Positions 10,171 through 20,897 of a stretch of DNA of 64,000 nt are shown one piece after another. Position numbers and translations under genes: made by a program. This stretch comes from Limnochordia bacterium (lineage in GTDB: Bacteria > Bacillota > Limnochordia > DTU080). The stretch is from the NCBI GenBank assembly GCA_050951545.1, contig JBMNJG010000013.1:1-64000 (forward strand), given 5' to 3'. A model generated the notes under the pieces. That model was not told where the DNA came from. It searched no databases and saw only the letters and a program-made list of their open reading frames with translations. Position 1 is the first letter of the stretch, and every line of letters begins with the position of its first letter.

Positions 10171-11535
10171 CTAGTTACGCAAGCTGTGAAGAGGGGCCGG
10201 GATGCGTCCACCGCGGGCGATGAATTCCCTGCAGCCATATTCATTGATCGACATGACGGGGCTCTCACCCAACAGGCCCCCAAAGCTGACGTGGTCGCCA
10301 GCTTTCTTGCCGGGGGCAGGCACGAGCCGCACTCCTGTTGTCTTGTTGTTGATTACCCCTATGGCGATCTCGTCGGCGATAATCCCGCTGATCGTCTCTG
10401 GGGTGATGTCACCAGGTACGACGACCATGTCTAGCCCCACCGAGCAGACTGCTGTCATGGCCTCTAGCTTTTCCACGCTCAGCGAGCCACGAGTGACCGC
10501 TCTCGTCATCCCCTGATCTTCACTTACTGGGATGAAAGCGCCGCTTAGGCCGCCCACATAAGAGGAAGCCATCGCACCGCCTTTTTTTACTGCATCCACC
10601 AAAAGGGCCAGTGCCGCAGTTGTACCGGGGGCACCGCATGATTCGAGACCCAGGGCCTCGAGGATATCAGCCACGCTGTCGCCTACGGCCGGCGTGGGCG
10701 CTAGGGAGAGGTCTACGACGCCGAAGGGCACACCTAATCGTCTCGAGGCCTCTCGCCCGATGAGCTCACCGACACGCGTGATCTTGAAGGCGGTCCGTTT
10801 GATTGCCTCGGCCATCGCTCCCAGGTCTCCGCTTCTCTGCCTGCGCACAGTATTCAGCACCACGCCAGGCCCGCTGACACCTACGTTGATCACGTACTCT
10901 GGCTCCCCAACACCGTGCATCGCACCAGCCATGAACGGGTTGTCCTGCGGGATGTTGGCGAACACAACCAGCTTGGCGCAGCCAATGCCATCGCGGGCGG
11001 CCGTCAGTGTCGCCGTTTCTTTCACCAGACCCCCCATGAGGCGTACTGCATCCATGTTGATTCCGGACCGGGTACTCGCTACGTTTACAGAGGAGCAGAC
11101 TGCTTCGGTCTCTGCCAGCACCGCGGGGATAGATGCCATCAGACGCACATCTCCTGTGGTGTAGCCTTTCTCCACAAGAGCACCGTACCCGCCGATGAAG
11201 TTGATACCCGCCTCTCGAGCGGCCGAGTCCAGGGCGAGCCCCAGGGCTTCACATTGCTCTCCTGGTGCCAAGGAGTTCGCCAGCAGCGCTATGGGTGTGA
11301 CGGCAACCCGACGGTTGATGATGGGCACGCCGAATTCCTGTTGCAGAGCATCGGCTATCCGTACCAGGCGGCTGGCCGGGGGCACGACTTTCTCTCGTAT
11401 ACGCTGACCCACGACCTTGGCCTCTGGCCCGGCGCAGTCCAATAGATTGATCCCGAGGGTAACGGTGCGGATATCGAAGTTCTCCGCCTCGATCATGCGA
11501 ATGGTCTCCAGTATCTCCTGCGTGTTAAGCCGCAA
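10171..11535 (-). CDS. PFL-like DUF711/UPF0210 protein
   Basis: [47 protein letters not shown]. Confidence 0.93.
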   Translation of the reverse strand: MRLNTQEILETIRMIEAENFDIRTVTLGINLLDCAGPEAKVVGQRIREKVVPPASRLVRIADALQQEFGVPIINRRVAVTPIALLANSLAPGEQCEALGLALDSAAREAGINFIGGYGALVEKGYTTGDVRLMASIPAVLAETEAVCSSVNVASTRSGINMDAVRLMGGLVKETATLTAARDGIGCAKLVVFANIPQDNPFMAGAMHGVGEPEYVINVGVSGPGVVLNTVRRQRSGDLGAMAEAIKRTAFKITRVGELIGREASRRLGVPFGVVDLSLAPTPAVGDSVADILEALGLESCGAPGTTAALALLVDAVKKGGAMASSYVGGLSGAFIPVSEDQGMTRAVTRGSLSVEKLEAMTAVCSVGLDMVVVPGDITPETISGIIADEIAIGVINNKTTGVRLVPAPGKKAGDHVSFGGLLGESPVMSINEYGCREFIARGGRIPAPLHSLRN

Positions 11536-11551
11536 TGGTTGCTTCGCCCCC

Positions 11552-12085
11552 CTATACGCGATGCATGAAATCGAAAACGGTGTCGAGCTGAATGACCACC
11601 TTCAGATGCATCTCTGATCCTACATCGTCCAGGGCTGCTCTGAGTTCGTGGAACGAGACATCCGCGCCAGCGATGTTCACTACCATGGTCATGGAGAAGA
11701 GATCTCCGAAGAGGGTCTGGCTGATATCCAGCACATTGACCCCGTGGGAAGCCAGGGTCGAAGCAATGGCCGCGATGATGCCTACGCGATCACGCCCCAA
11801 CACTGTGATCACTGCCCGCTGAACCTCGGTACAATCAGTCGCAGGAGTTTGCGGGCGGCTAGCAGCTCCCTTGTAGCCCAGACAGAGAAGCGAGCTTATC
11901 CCCTCTGGCTGTGGTGAGGAAATGACCGGGGCCTCAGGCATAGTCGCCTCGGCAAATGTGACCTCAATGCCTTGTTCGGCAAGCCAGTCACGGGCCGCAT
12001 CAGTAAGCACTGTGCCTGCCTTTAGCTCAACCGAGCGGCACACCCCCCAGTGCTGTACTTCAGGCAAGGTGAGTATTTCGGACAA
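11552..12085 (-). CDS. ACT-domain protein (UPF0237) with an extra N-terminal domain
   Basis: C-terminal [28 protein letters not shown]; usual partner of DUF711; RBS AAGGGAGG, TTG start. Confidence 0.85.
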   Translation of the reverse strand: MSEILTLPEVQHWGVCRSVELKAGTVLTDAARDWLAEQGIEVTFAEATMPEAPVISSPQPEGISSLLCLGYKGAASRPQTPATDCTEVQRAVITVLGRDRVGIIAAIASTLASHGVNVLDISQTLFGDLFSMTMVVNIAGADVSFHELRAALDDVGSEMHLKVVIQLDTVFDFMHRV

Positions 12086-12251
12086 GAAGGCGCCTCCCTT
12101 GATGTAAAACTACCAGCATGCTCTTCGTGACGAAGCATGCCCTAAGAATCCATGCTCGCTGCAAAGACCAGAAACGGGTTCCTCTGTGGAGCCCGTCTCT
12201 GGCCGCCAAAGATCAATCTCGGTCTCCCTTCGCCATGGGCTGCTCCACCGC

Positions 12252-13481
12252 CTATTGTGCCATGAGCGGTTCCACTTGGCGCTGGAGGTTTTCGGCCATT
12301 GGGCGAGCCGGGGCCTCATTGCGCCAGAACTTGCCAAACTCAGTGTTAAACACGTTCCACACATTGCGGTTGGCAATCGCCGGGTACGGGGCACCGACCT
12401 CAAAGGCCCGCAGTATATAGGCCTGGTAGTTGTGTGTCACCGACATGGTCATCGCGATACGTCTCAGTGATGGGAATCCGGTATTCATCTCTGCGGCGAC
12501 CTTTTGCCCCTCTGGCCCTGCGAAAAAGGCCAGAGTTGCCCAGGCTGCCTCGAGGTCTTTCGTCCCGGTCGGGATGATCCATGAGTTGGCCCAGACCCGG
12601 GTGCCTGGCTGTGTGTTCATGGGCAGGTTGGCTGCGCCCCAATCGAGTTCGGGGTATTTCGTGCTGTCTGGTACTCCAGAGCCCCCAACCTGCATGGCGG
12701 CCCGATCGGTCAGGAAAGCAGTGGCCGCGTTAGTCATAGCATTGCGCTGGGCTGGCGTTGGGGTGACGCCGTGCGTGTAGATCAGGTCCTGGAGAAACTG
12801 CATGACTTCTATTGTTTTCTCATCCGTCATGGTAACCCGTGATCGGTCAGCGTTAAACCAGTCAGCGCTGTTCGTCGAGTACCAATGATATTGACCATCG
12901 AGCACGAAGTCCATGGCGAAGCCCCAGCGAGTGACCTCTTCGCCCTGCACCCGGTGAATGCTCTTCGCGGCGGTCAGAAAATCGCGCCACGTCCAATCGT
13001 CCTGTGGAAAGGCTACGCCAGCTTCATTGAAGTGCTTGCGGTTGTAGTAGAAGACCTTCGCAGTAATATCTCGGGGAAGTGCGAAGTACTGCCCTTTCCA
13101 TTGCACTGCGCGTTGTATCGTGGGAAACAGCTCTTGTACCGGGAAGCGTTCACGCACCAGCTTGTCAATGTTCATCGCCACGTTGTTGTTCGCCATAGCT
13201 CCGATCCAGTCAAAACCGAGCATCGCCACATCCGGAGACGTTCCAGCAGCCACTAGAACCTGCAGCTGATCGTAGTACTGACTCGATGGCACCGTCAGGA
13301 ATTCGATCTCATACTTGGGGTTTTCCGCCTCGAACCGAGTCTTCATCACATCTAGGAACTCCCCTGGCGAATAGGTGTACCAGGAGGATACTCTCACTGT
13401 GGTTCGGGCAGCGGTGGAGACAGGCACCATGAGGACGAAGCACAACAGGACAACTGCGGGTAACCGTCTGACTCTGAACAT
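12252..13481 (-). CDS. ABC sugar solute-binding protein
   Basis: Signal peptide; AAGTSPDV, YFALP, YYNRKHFNEAGV, WTWRDF. Confidence 0.9.
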   Translation of the reverse strand: MFRVRRLPAVVLLCFVLMVPVSTAARTTVRVSSWYTYSPGEFLDVMKTRFEAENPKYEIEFLTVPSSQYYDQLQVLVAAGTSPDVAMLGFDWIGAMANNNVAMNIDKLVRERFPVQELFPTIQRAVQWKGQYFALPRDITAKVFYYNRKHFNEAGVAFPQDDWTWRDFLTAAKSIHRVQGEEVTRWGFAMDFVLDGQYHWYSTNSADWFNADRSRVTMTDEKTIEVMQFLQDLIYTHGVTPTPAQRNAMTNAATAFLTDRAAMQVGGSGVPDSTKYPELDWGAANLPMNTQPGTRVWANSWIIPTGTKDLEAAWATLAFFAGPEGQKVAAEMNTGFPSLRRIAMTMSVTHNYQAYILRAFEVGAPYPAIANRNVWNVFNTEFGKFWRNEAPARPMAENLQRQVEPLMAQ

Positions 13482-13792
13482 GCTTAGGCCCCCTTATGTC
13501 ATGGAACTGTCAAGCCCTGTGAGACACCGACGAGTGCACTGCGTGTACTAGCGGATCTGTACCACCTCCCGAGGGCGGTTGAAGATACTGATGGGACGGC
13601 TGGTCGCTGTGAGGGGTAGCTGCAAGAGCCCTCTTGTGGCGATGAAGTGCGTCACGGCAGTATTTCTGCGACACGCACCCATTTCCTCTACAAGCAGTTG
13701 TGTGATACCAGACTACGCGATATCTACCAGGGCATCGCTGTGTTACGGCGAACTCTCTGGCGTGAACGGTCTCAATAGGACGGGAGGTAGGC

Positions 13793-14977
13793 TTGGTGGA
13801 GAAGCTGAAGGTCGGAGTGCTGGGGTTGCGGCGAGGGGTAGCGCATTTGCGCAACATGCTTCGCCTGGATAACGTGGAAGTGATAGGTGTCTGTGACCGC
13901 TTGCCTGTGCTTCAGGAAAGAGCGGCCCAACTAGTGGGTGATCGGCCTACCAAGATTCTGACAGAATATGAGGAACTGCTAGGGCTCAAGCCGGATGCGG
14001 TGGTGGTCGCCACCAACGGCAAGATGCAGGTTGAGCACTCGATTCAGGCTATGGAGGCTGGTTGTGCGGTGCTCTCCGAGGTACCCGGGGCGTACACATT
14101 AGAGGAAGTGATACGGCTGCGAGCAGCTGTGGAGCATACCGGGTGCTTCTATATGTTTGCTGAGAACGCGTGCTTTTGGGACTTCATGCGCTATTGGCGG
14201 AAATGGGTCATAGAGGGGCGACTCGGGCCCGTACCAATGGCAGAAGGCGAGTACGCCCACTACTTGCCCAACACTCTGGACGCTACGGATGGCACAAGAC
14301 TGACACCTAGTCAGGCTGCAGGCCGCAAGGATGTGGCGCCCATTTGGCGGGCTGACCAGCCACCCATTCAGTACCTCACCCACGATCTAGGCCCCCTGCT
14401 GGAGATGATGGACGATCGGTGCGTCTCTGTCACCTGCCGCAATGCTCCCTGGTGGAATCCGGAGACGCCCTTGCGTAGCGATGGGCAGGTGGCCCTGCTT
14501 GAGACGGCTAAGGGAAGCCTGATCCGAATTCTGGTCACGCTGAGCACCACCGTGCCCTCTGACCATCGTTTCCGTCTGTTGGGCACACAGGGCTCGCTGG
14601 AATGGTTCTTGTACGAAGGGTTCACACGTGTGCATGGGCCCGCATTCGGCGACTTCGCAGGCTGGTCAAAAGCACCGGTATCCATCACTCCGCCCGGACA
14701 TGACCCCCACACGGGTCATGGCGGTTCTGACTACCTGATGGCTCAGGCTTTTGTAGATGCGGTACTAGAGGGCAAGCCTTCTCCGATCGATGTCTATCGC
14801 ATGGCCGACTACACTCTGCCGGGAATCACGGCAGCTGAGTCCGCACGCCTAGGCGGTGTGCCAGTCTCCATTCCCAATCTGCATCGTGGGCCTTACGCGG
14901 GGACCCATTTCTGGGATGTTCTCGGTTTGCCGGAGGAGGATCCGGAGATCGAGCCCTGGCGTCCTACAGAAAAGTAG
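13793..14977 (+). CDS. Gfo/Idh/MocA oxidoreductase
   Basis: KVGVLGLRRG Rossmann motif, VLSEVP, GHGGSD; RBS GGAGG. Confidence 0.9.
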   Translation: MVEKLKVGVLGLRRGVAHLRNMLRLDNVEVIGVCDRLPVLQERAAQLVGDRPTKILTEYEELLGLKPDAVVVATNGKMQVEHSIQAMEAGCAVLSEVPGAYTLEEVIRLRAAVEHTGCFYMFAENACFWDFMRYWRKWVIEGRLGPVPMAEGEYAHYLPNTLDATDGTRLTPSQAAGRKDVAPIWRADQPPIQYLTHDLGPLLEMMDDRCVSVTCRNAPWWNPETPLRSDGQVALLETAKGSLIRILVTLSTTVPSDHRFRLLGTQGSLEWFLYEGFTRVHGPAFGDFAGWSKAPVSITPPGHDPHTGHGGSDYLMAQAFVDAVLEGKPSPIDVYRMADYTLPGITAAESARLGGVPVSIPNLHRGPYAGTHFWDVLGLPEEDPEIEPWRPTEK

Positions 14978-15025
14978 CAGGCGCACTTTGGGAAACTAGC
15001 TAGACTGCGGATCGGGGGGGCACCG

Positions 15026-16513
15026 ATGGATCAACCGACTGTGATGGCCATTGATCAGGGGACTTCGGGGACGACTGTGATGCTCTTTGACCAGGAAGGG
15101 CAGGCGCTGTATCGTGCCTACCGCGAGGTAACCCAGCACTATCCGCAACCCGGGTGGGTGGAGCATGACCCCGAACAGATCATGGTGGGCGTGGTCGATG
15201 CCATCGGTGAGGTCCTCAGCCACAGCAAGGCCTGGCCGAGGGCCATCGGGATCACCAACCAGCGTGAGACGATCGTTGTGTGGGACAAGCGCACGGGTCG
15301 GGCTGTGCACAACGCCATCGTTTGGCAGTGTCGACGCACAGCCACAGACTGTGAAAGATTGCGGGCCGACGGGGTAGAGGACATGATTCGCCAGAAGACG
15401 GGCCTGCTTCTAGACCCCTACTTTTCGGCCACCAAACTCTCTTGGCTGTTGCGCCAGAGGCCGGAGCTAGCAGGAGCGGCGGCCCGAGGCGAGCTGCTTG
15501 CGGGAACCATCGACACGTGGTTGGCCTGGTGCTTGACCGGGTCTCACGTTACGGATGTTTCGAATGCTTCACGGACGATGCTCCTCAATGTCCATACGCT
15601 GAACTGGGATCAGCAGCTGTTGGATCTTTTCGGCATTCCCCGTGAGCTGTTGCCTGCGGTGGTTGACACTTCGGGCGTCATCGGGGTCACGGGCCGTGCG
15701 TCAGACCTACCCGCAGGTATTCCTGTGGCATCATTGGTTGGCGATCAACAGGCGGCCTTGTATGGGCAGACGTGTTTTCGGCCGGGTATGGCGAAGTGCA
15801 CCTATGGAACCGGGGCGTTCCTTCTCATGCATTGTGGAACACAGCCAGTGGCACCACCGCCCGGCCTGTTGAGCACCGTGGCTTGGCGGTACGGAGGTAG
15901 AGCCTGTTACTGTCTCGAGGGCAGCGTCTTTGTAGCTGGGGCCGCGGTGCGTTGGCTAAGGGACGGGTTGGGCCTGATCGCTTCTGCTGATGAGACGGAG
16001 AGCTTGGCTCGTCTGGTGCCCGACACTGGGGGTGTAGTGTTTGTCCCCGCTTTTTCAGGGCTCGGTGCACCCTACTGGGATCCGGCGGCCAGAGGAGTGA
16101 TCATCGGCATCACAGCTGGTACTCGACGTGAGCACGTCGTACGGGCGTGCCTGGAAGCGATCGCTCAGCAATGCCATGACGTATTGGAGTCTATGACGGC
16201 GGAAACCGGCGATCTGCAGATGCTTCGAGTCGATGGCGGGGCGGCCCGTAACGACTTTCTACTGCAGACGCAGGCGGATCTCTCAGGCGTCGAGGTGCAC
16301 CGGCCCGTGGTGGCAGAGACCACAGCCCTGGGGGCTGCGATGCTGGCGGGCCTGGCCACTGGCGTTTGGCGCGATGAGGCCGAACTGCAGTCTGTCTGGC
16401 ATGCTGATGCGGTCTTTCGCCCGACCTGGTCTGACAGCCAGCGTCACGTTGCCCGCGCGAATTGGCTGCGCGCTGTGGCCAGCGCCCGTCAGGCGGCCGG
16501 AGGTAACCCATGA
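15026..16513 (+). CDS. glpK: Glycerol kinase
   Basis: AIDQGTSG, GITNQRET, IVWQCRRT, DPYFSATK, GDQQAAL, KCTYGTG, RVDGGA. Confidence 0.93.
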   Translation: MDQPTVMAIDQGTSGTTVMLFDQEGQALYRAYREVTQHYPQPGWVEHDPEQIMVGVVDAIGEVLSHSKAWPRAIGITNQRETIVVWDKRTGRAVHNAIVWQCRRTATDCERLRADGVEDMIRQKTGLLLDPYFSATKLSWLLRQRPELAGAAARGELLAGTIDTWLAWCLTGSHVTDVSNASRTMLLNVHTLNWDQQLLDLFGIPRELLPAVVDTSGVIGVTGRASDLPAGIPVASLVGDQQAALYGQTCFRPGMAKCTYGTGAFLLMHCGTQPVAPPPGLLSTVAWRYGGRACYCLEGSVFVAGAAVRWLRDGLGLIASADETESLARLVPDTGGVVFVPAFSGLGAPYWDPAARGVIIGITAGTRREHVVRACLEAIAQQCHDVLESMTAETGDLQMLRVDGGAARNDFLLQTQADLSGVEVHRPVVAETTALGAAMLAGLATGVWRDEAELQSVWHADAVFRPTWSDSQRHVARANWLRAVASARQAAGGNP

Positions 16514-17418
16514 AGGCCTCGGAGCGCGACCCGCTGTACCGAGAACTCGGCCTTGACCCCCGCCAAGTCACCGAGCAAGCCACTCTTTCTGCGCGACACG
16601 GCCATCGCATCTGGCGGATCCGTGTGGGTGACAGCACATTTGTGGTAAAGTGCTTTCCCAATGCAGCCAGTGCCGTCGTTGAGATTGGCTCCTATCGACT
16701 GCTTCAGGAACTCGATGTACCGACATTGCAGGTGCACAGCATGTCAGATCGTGCGCTCCTCCTTGAGGACCTTGGTTTCAGCCCGCGCTGGCGGTTGGCG
16801 TCGGAAGACGACGTGGCGAGTCCGGCAGTGGGGGCAGCCGTGGGACGATGGTACAGATACTTTCACCAGCGAGGCAGCGACTTTCTGCAGGGGCCGCAGC
16901 CAAAGCGCTCGTTCTTACAGCGTGAGTCCGACGTACTTACCGTGCAGACGATCCGCGAGACTGCAAGGGCGCTGGGCCTAGCCAGTAACCCTGTATGGAA
17001 GGTGGCGATAGACTGCCTTCCTTTGTTGAAGACGGTGGAATCAAGCCTGAGTGCCACACTCAACTACAACGATTTTTATTGGACGAATCTGGCGGTTGGG
17101 TGCGAGGGGGGTAGGGTGTCGGAGGCCGTACTCTTTGACTTTCATCTTCTCGGAATCGGCATGCGCTACAGCGATTGTCGAAATGTGACGGGGTCACTGG
17201 GCCCAGGGGCGGCTGCCGCGTTCTGGGCAGAGTATGGCGATGTCGACCCCCGGGAAGAGCTGATCGACAGGCCCCTCAGCACCCTGCATGGGCTTGTGGT
17301 GGCAGCTCGGAGGCCGCAGTTTCCCGCTTGGGCACACGAGAGCAGAGAGCTCGTCACGAACGGAGGCCTGCTTGGCAGCCTGAAGGCGGCTGTCGAGGTG
17401 GCCACTGAGGTGGGATGA
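16510..17418 (+). CDS. Aminoglycoside phosphotransferase/choline kinase-like protein
   Basis: FVVKCF, LLLEDL, TLNYNDFYWTN (Brenner-like), LFDF; ATGA overlap with glpK. Confidence 0.7.
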   Translation: MKASERDPLYRELGLDPRQVTEQATLSARHGHRIWRIRVGDSTFVVKCFPNAASAVVEIGSYRLLQELDVPTLQVHSMSDRALLLEDLGFSPRWRLASEDDVASPAVGAAVGRWYRYFHQRGSDFLQGPQPKRSFLQRESDVLTVQTIRETARALGLASNPVWKVAIDCLPLLKTVESSLSATLNYNDFYWTNLAVGCEGGRVSEAVLFDFHLLGIGMRYSDCRNVTGSLGPGAAAAFWAEYGDVDPREELIDRPLSTLHGLVVAARRPQFPAWAHESRELVTNGGLLGSLKAAVEVATEVG

Positions 17419-17650
17419 TGCTTATCTGGGTATCGTCCTTCTGCCGTCTGGCGAGACGTGTCTGCTTGATGAGGACGAGCTCGACGAGGCTCTGATGGAA
17501 GGCCGGATGACTCAGGGCCAGTACGATCGGGTTCATCGAGAAGCCGAGCGGTTGCTGAAGGCTATTCGCAAGGGTGACTTCGTTTTGCCTTGGTTGGCTG
17601 CCCAGCATCTGGCTGATCTCGAGGCTAGGTGGGCAGCTCACGTTAGTTGA
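17411..17650 (+). pseudogene. 3' remnant of a DUF402-like gene
   Basis: Startless frame WDDAYLGIVLLPSGETCLLDEDELDEAL..AHVS* resembles the DUF402 C-terminus. Confidence 0.6.
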
Positions 17651-17664
17651 GAGAAGGCGTTAGC

Positions 17665-18585
17665 ATGGACGTCGACGAGTATTGCGGCCTCATACAGGAC
17701 TATCCGCGCTTCGACTTGAGTAGCAACGTCAGGGGTGAGCTATTCACCTACTCGACTGTCGATGATCCTCGACTGTCGGAGTTGCGAGATACGTATGGTT
17801 TGGGCCAAGTCGCGGGTGAAGGTGACTGCTGGAGCAAAGCGACGCGGCTTCTGAGTTGGACCTTCGAGCAGCTGTTCCACGTCGGCCGGACCATCAGTCC
17901 GGAACCGCGCGACGCGCTAAACATACTCGCCCATCGCAAAACGGGCTCCCTGTTCTGCATTCACAAATCTATCGTTCTGAATGAGGCCCTACTATCGGTC
18001 GGGCTCCCGTCGCGGCTGCTATGGTGCTACCCATACGAGTTCGATTCGGACTGCCATGTGGTGGTCCTGGTGTACGTTCCTGAGCTTGGCAAGTGGGCTG
18101 TCCTCGATCCGGCATTCAACACCTATTTTCACGGCGATGACGGCGCGCCATCATCGGTGCTAGAGGTTCGTGGAGCGTATGCTAGCGGCAGCCTGCCTGC
18201 ATTCCGGAGTATCACGATTGACAAACGATGGAAGCTCGTCATGAACGGCGTGACCTGCGAGACTTATGACCGCTTCTACCAGCTCTACATGGCCAAGAAC
18301 TGCTTCCGCTTCTCGTCGCCCGCGGATAGCCGGGTTGGCTGCAGCACTGATCTTCAAGTCCGAAGGGTGTTTCTCAACCCGAAAGGGTTTACCACGACCA
18401 ACCAGTATGACAGTAGCACTCGGGACCCAGCCTCAAACGTCTACATAACGAGTGCACTATGCCTTTTTCGCTCAACCTTGAAGGGCGTTTCGCATGCTGA
18501 GGCGAACGACCTTTCACCGCAGCGTCTGGAGGTTGCAACGGGTCGAGGGATTCATAGACCGCTGAGCGCTGCTGTGATTCCGTGA
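17665..18585 (+). CDS. Transglutaminase-like domain protein
   Basis: Cys (LFCIHKS), His (DCHVV), Asp (KWAVLDP) triad pattern. Confidence 0.75.
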   Translation: MDVDEYCGLIQDYPRFDLSSNVRGELFTYSTVDDPRLSELRDTYGLGQVAGEGDCWSKATRLLSWTFEQLFHVGRTISPEPRDALNILAHRKTGSLFCIHKSIVLNEALLSVGLPSRLLWCYPYEFDSDCHVVVLVYVPELGKWAVLDPAFNTYFHGDDGAPSSVLEVRGAYASGSLPAFRSITIDKRWKLVMNGVTCETYDRFYQLYMAKNCFRFSSPADSRVGCSTDLQVRRVFLNPKGFTTTNQYDSSTRDPASNVYITSALCLFRSTLKGVSHAEANDLSPQRLEVATGRGIHRPLSAAVIP

Positions 18586-18650
18586 GGCATGCAAGTTCCC
18601 TCCTGAAGGCACCAAGACCAGAACTTGCGGAACACTGGAGGTAAAGGTCC

Positions 18651-19169
18651 GTGTTAGGTTTGCCAAAAGGGAAGGTATTGCTGGCACCTTGGAGTTTGGA
18701 GTGGGAGAAAGAGTATGAGAATGAAAGGGATTGCATCCAATCGGCAATCGGGCCGTTTATATGTGCCATGCATCACATCGGGAGTACTGCCGTAAGGGGT
18801 TTGGCGGCAAAACCCATCATCGATATGGCTATTGAGATTCCACGCTTTGATACTGGAATACAATGCGTAGCTGGACTCGAGCGTCTAGGCTATTCCTACA
18901 AAGGTACCAACGTGCTGCCGGAGCGGCATTACTTCAGCAAGGGCAGTCCGAGGACCCATCAAATCCACATGTTCGAGGTGGGGAATCAGTATCTACTGAA
19001 GCAATTGGCCTTTCGAGATTGCCTAAGGAAAGAGGACTCGGTTCGGCAGGAGTACGAAGAGTTGAAGCGCGCGCTGGCAGAAAAGAACAGCCACGATAAG
19101 CTGGCGTATGCTGACGCAAAAACCGATTTCATAGATGCAGTGCTAGGCGAACTTGGATATAGTGTTTAA
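18651..19169 (+). CDS. GrpB/UPF0157 family protein
   Basis: HIGSTAVRGLAAKPIIDM, THQIH, AFRDCLR, YEELK, YADAKTDFI; RBS GGAGG. Confidence 0.92.
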   Translation: MLGLPKGKVLLAPWSLEWEKEYENERDCIQSAIGPFICAMHHIGSTAVRGLAAKPIIDMAIEIPRFDTGIQCVAGLERLGYSYKGTNVLPERHYFSKGSPRTHQIHMFEVGNQYLLKQLAFRDCLRKEDSVRQEYEELKRALAEKNSHDKLAYADAKTDFIDAVLGELGYSV

Positions 19170-19227
19170 CGCCTAACAGGCAGATGGATCGGCACATGGG
19201 CTGGACAGAAATGCTACACCGAATGGA

Positions 19228-19300
19228 ACGGGTGGCTCAACCCCGACAGGGTGGCTCTATTTTGGTGATCAAATGGCCTCATTCTCGATTGACAAACACA
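19228..19300 (+). mobile_element. Isolated IS21-family terminal sequence
   Basis: Repeated GTGGCTC/ATGGCCTC motifs ending ..GATTGACAAACACA, the multi-repeat CA-terminated architecture of IS21 ends; abuts the istA truncation point. Confidence 0.65.
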
Positions 19301-19529
19301 CCTCTTCGTTGGCGGCTAAGCACTCAAGGATAAGAGGCTCGACTATCTCTTGCAGAGGGGTCCGCCTGGGCTGAGCCCTTTGTCGTTCGCCGGGCAATCT
19401 CTCCCCTTCGCAGTAACGAGCGAGTGTGTCGCGGCTAATGCCCAACACACTGGCGATCCGGCGTTGCGGCATTTTGTCGACCGCGAAAAGACGCCGAATC
19501 CTGTTGTAAGTGTCCACATCAATGGTCAT
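19301..19529 (-). pseudogene. istA: IS21 transposase N-terminal fragment
   Basis: MTIDVDTYNRIRRLFAVDKMPQRRIASVLGISRDTLARYCEG is an IstA-type N-terminal HTH; truncated at 19300. Confidence 0.75.
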
Positions 19530-19545
19530 GGACTGGCACATCCTC

Positions 19546-19908
19546 TCATTTTCCCTGGGGAAAATTCGGCGTTTCCAAAAGCACTTCAAGGCGCAGGGCA
19601 AAGGCCTCCGACAGCTCCCGGATGCGGCGAACAATAGTGCATTGGCGTTGGCTCACTGCGGTGGAAGCAAGAGTCACGATTTCTTCGAGCAGGCGGCGCA
19701 ACAGGCGCGATGCCTTTTCAAGTCGTTTGTTGGTGGCGTCTTCCTCTACCGCCGGCCGCCCAAGCCTTTCGGCGTCCCTTCGGATGGCATCCAACGTGTC
19801 TTGCGGGCAAGCTAAGATCCGCTTACGCAGCTCGTCCGAAGCGCCCGATGCGTTGTACAGACTGACCAGCTTTTCAACCACAGATTTGGGGATTCGATCG
19901 GCGACCAC
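19546..19908 (-). CDS. Hypothetical helical protein immediately upstream of istA
   Basis: 120-aa ORF whose stop is followed by the istA RBS (GAGAGGA). Confidence 0.45.
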   Translation of the reverse strand: MVADRIPKSVVEKLVSLYNASGASDELRKRILACPQDTLDAIRRDAERLGRPAVEEDATNKRLEKASRLLRRLLEEIVTLASTAVSQRQCTIVRRIRELSEAFALRLEVLLETPNFPQGK

Positions 19909-20300
19909 GCGACACGCACAGGCAGGTGGTGTGCAGACGGCAGTTTGGCAATCTCTTGCGCCGTTTGGAGGGGGTGCTTCGAACGCTCACTCTTTTCCCG
20001 AGAAGAGGGTTTTCTGCATTCCGGGGGTTGGCCCCTACCGCGGCCGCGCACCATCGCGAAGAAAACAACTGCGTGCCCAACTAGATAACAGCCAGAAACA
20101 ACGAATAAATGAATCAATGGATGTCTTTGGTCGGGGCTGTGGAGTCTGTGGGCAACTCATGGAGGAGTTGTCCATCAGAATCCATGGCCCGCAGCTTGGG
20201 GTCTGGATCGATGGCAGGTTTTTGGTGAGCGCGCTGTTTTGCCGGCCTAGCTTACCGTGAGCTTTCTAGGCCATTTTGGTAGGGTCGAAGTGAAGCGTAT

Positions 20301-20897
20301 CCAACCCGGTGAACGGCTGGGCGCTGGACATGGGGAAAGACCATCGATGGCGTCGCGTTATGTGCAGTCCACTGGTCGGGGTGCGGCTTTTGAGGTGGGG
20401 AAACAGCGATTTGGGGGGCAGATCCGCCGTTTTCGTGGGTTGAGTCCGCCGAAAGTGGTCCGAGAGGGCGCCATCGCTGCGCATTGACCACGTTTGTCGG
20501 CTCCAGGGCTCCAGGGTCATCTGTCGCCGCCCGCCGCCTCCCGCCCCGCCCACCCGATGGACGGCTGGGCCTGGACATGGGAAAGCCATCGATGGCGTCG
20601 CGTTATTACAGTCCGCTGGTCGGGGGGCGGCTTTTGAGGTGGGGAAACAGCGCATGCCGTCCCTGGGGGGCAAATCCGCCGTCTCAGCCCACCCGATGGA
20701 CGGCTGGGCGCTGGACATGGGAAAGCCATCGATGGCGTCGCGTTATTACAGTCCGCTGGTCGGGGGCGGCTTTTGAGGTGGGGAAACAGCGATTTGGGGG
20801 GCAAATCGCCGTTTTCGTGGGTTGCGTCCGCCGAAGGTGGTCCGAGAGGGCGCCATCGCTGCGCATTGACCACGTTTGTCGGCTCCAGGGGTCCAGG
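20301..20897. repeat. Array of three long imperfect tandem repeats (A 20301-20515, B 20548-20682, C 20687-20897)
   Basis: Shared blocks ACGGCTGGGC.CTGGACATGGG, CCATCGATGGCGTCGCGTTAT, GGCTTTTGAGGTGGGGAAACAGCG; A and C also share a ~95-bp tail ending GGCTCCAGGG. Confidence 0.95.

Noticed and set aside
13640-13680. Hairpin GTGCGT..ACGCAC in a divergent intergenic region as a riboswitch
   Set aside because: No recognisable riboswitch consensus.
16510-17418. Aminoglycoside resistance gene
   Set aside because: Only a kinase fold with an altered Brenner motif; no evidence of substrate.
20301-20897. CRISPR or TIGR-type array, or a repeat-protein gene
   Set aside because: Units are 135-215 bp without regular variable spacers, no Nop-domain or Cas protein is adjacent, and the ORFs shift frame between units.
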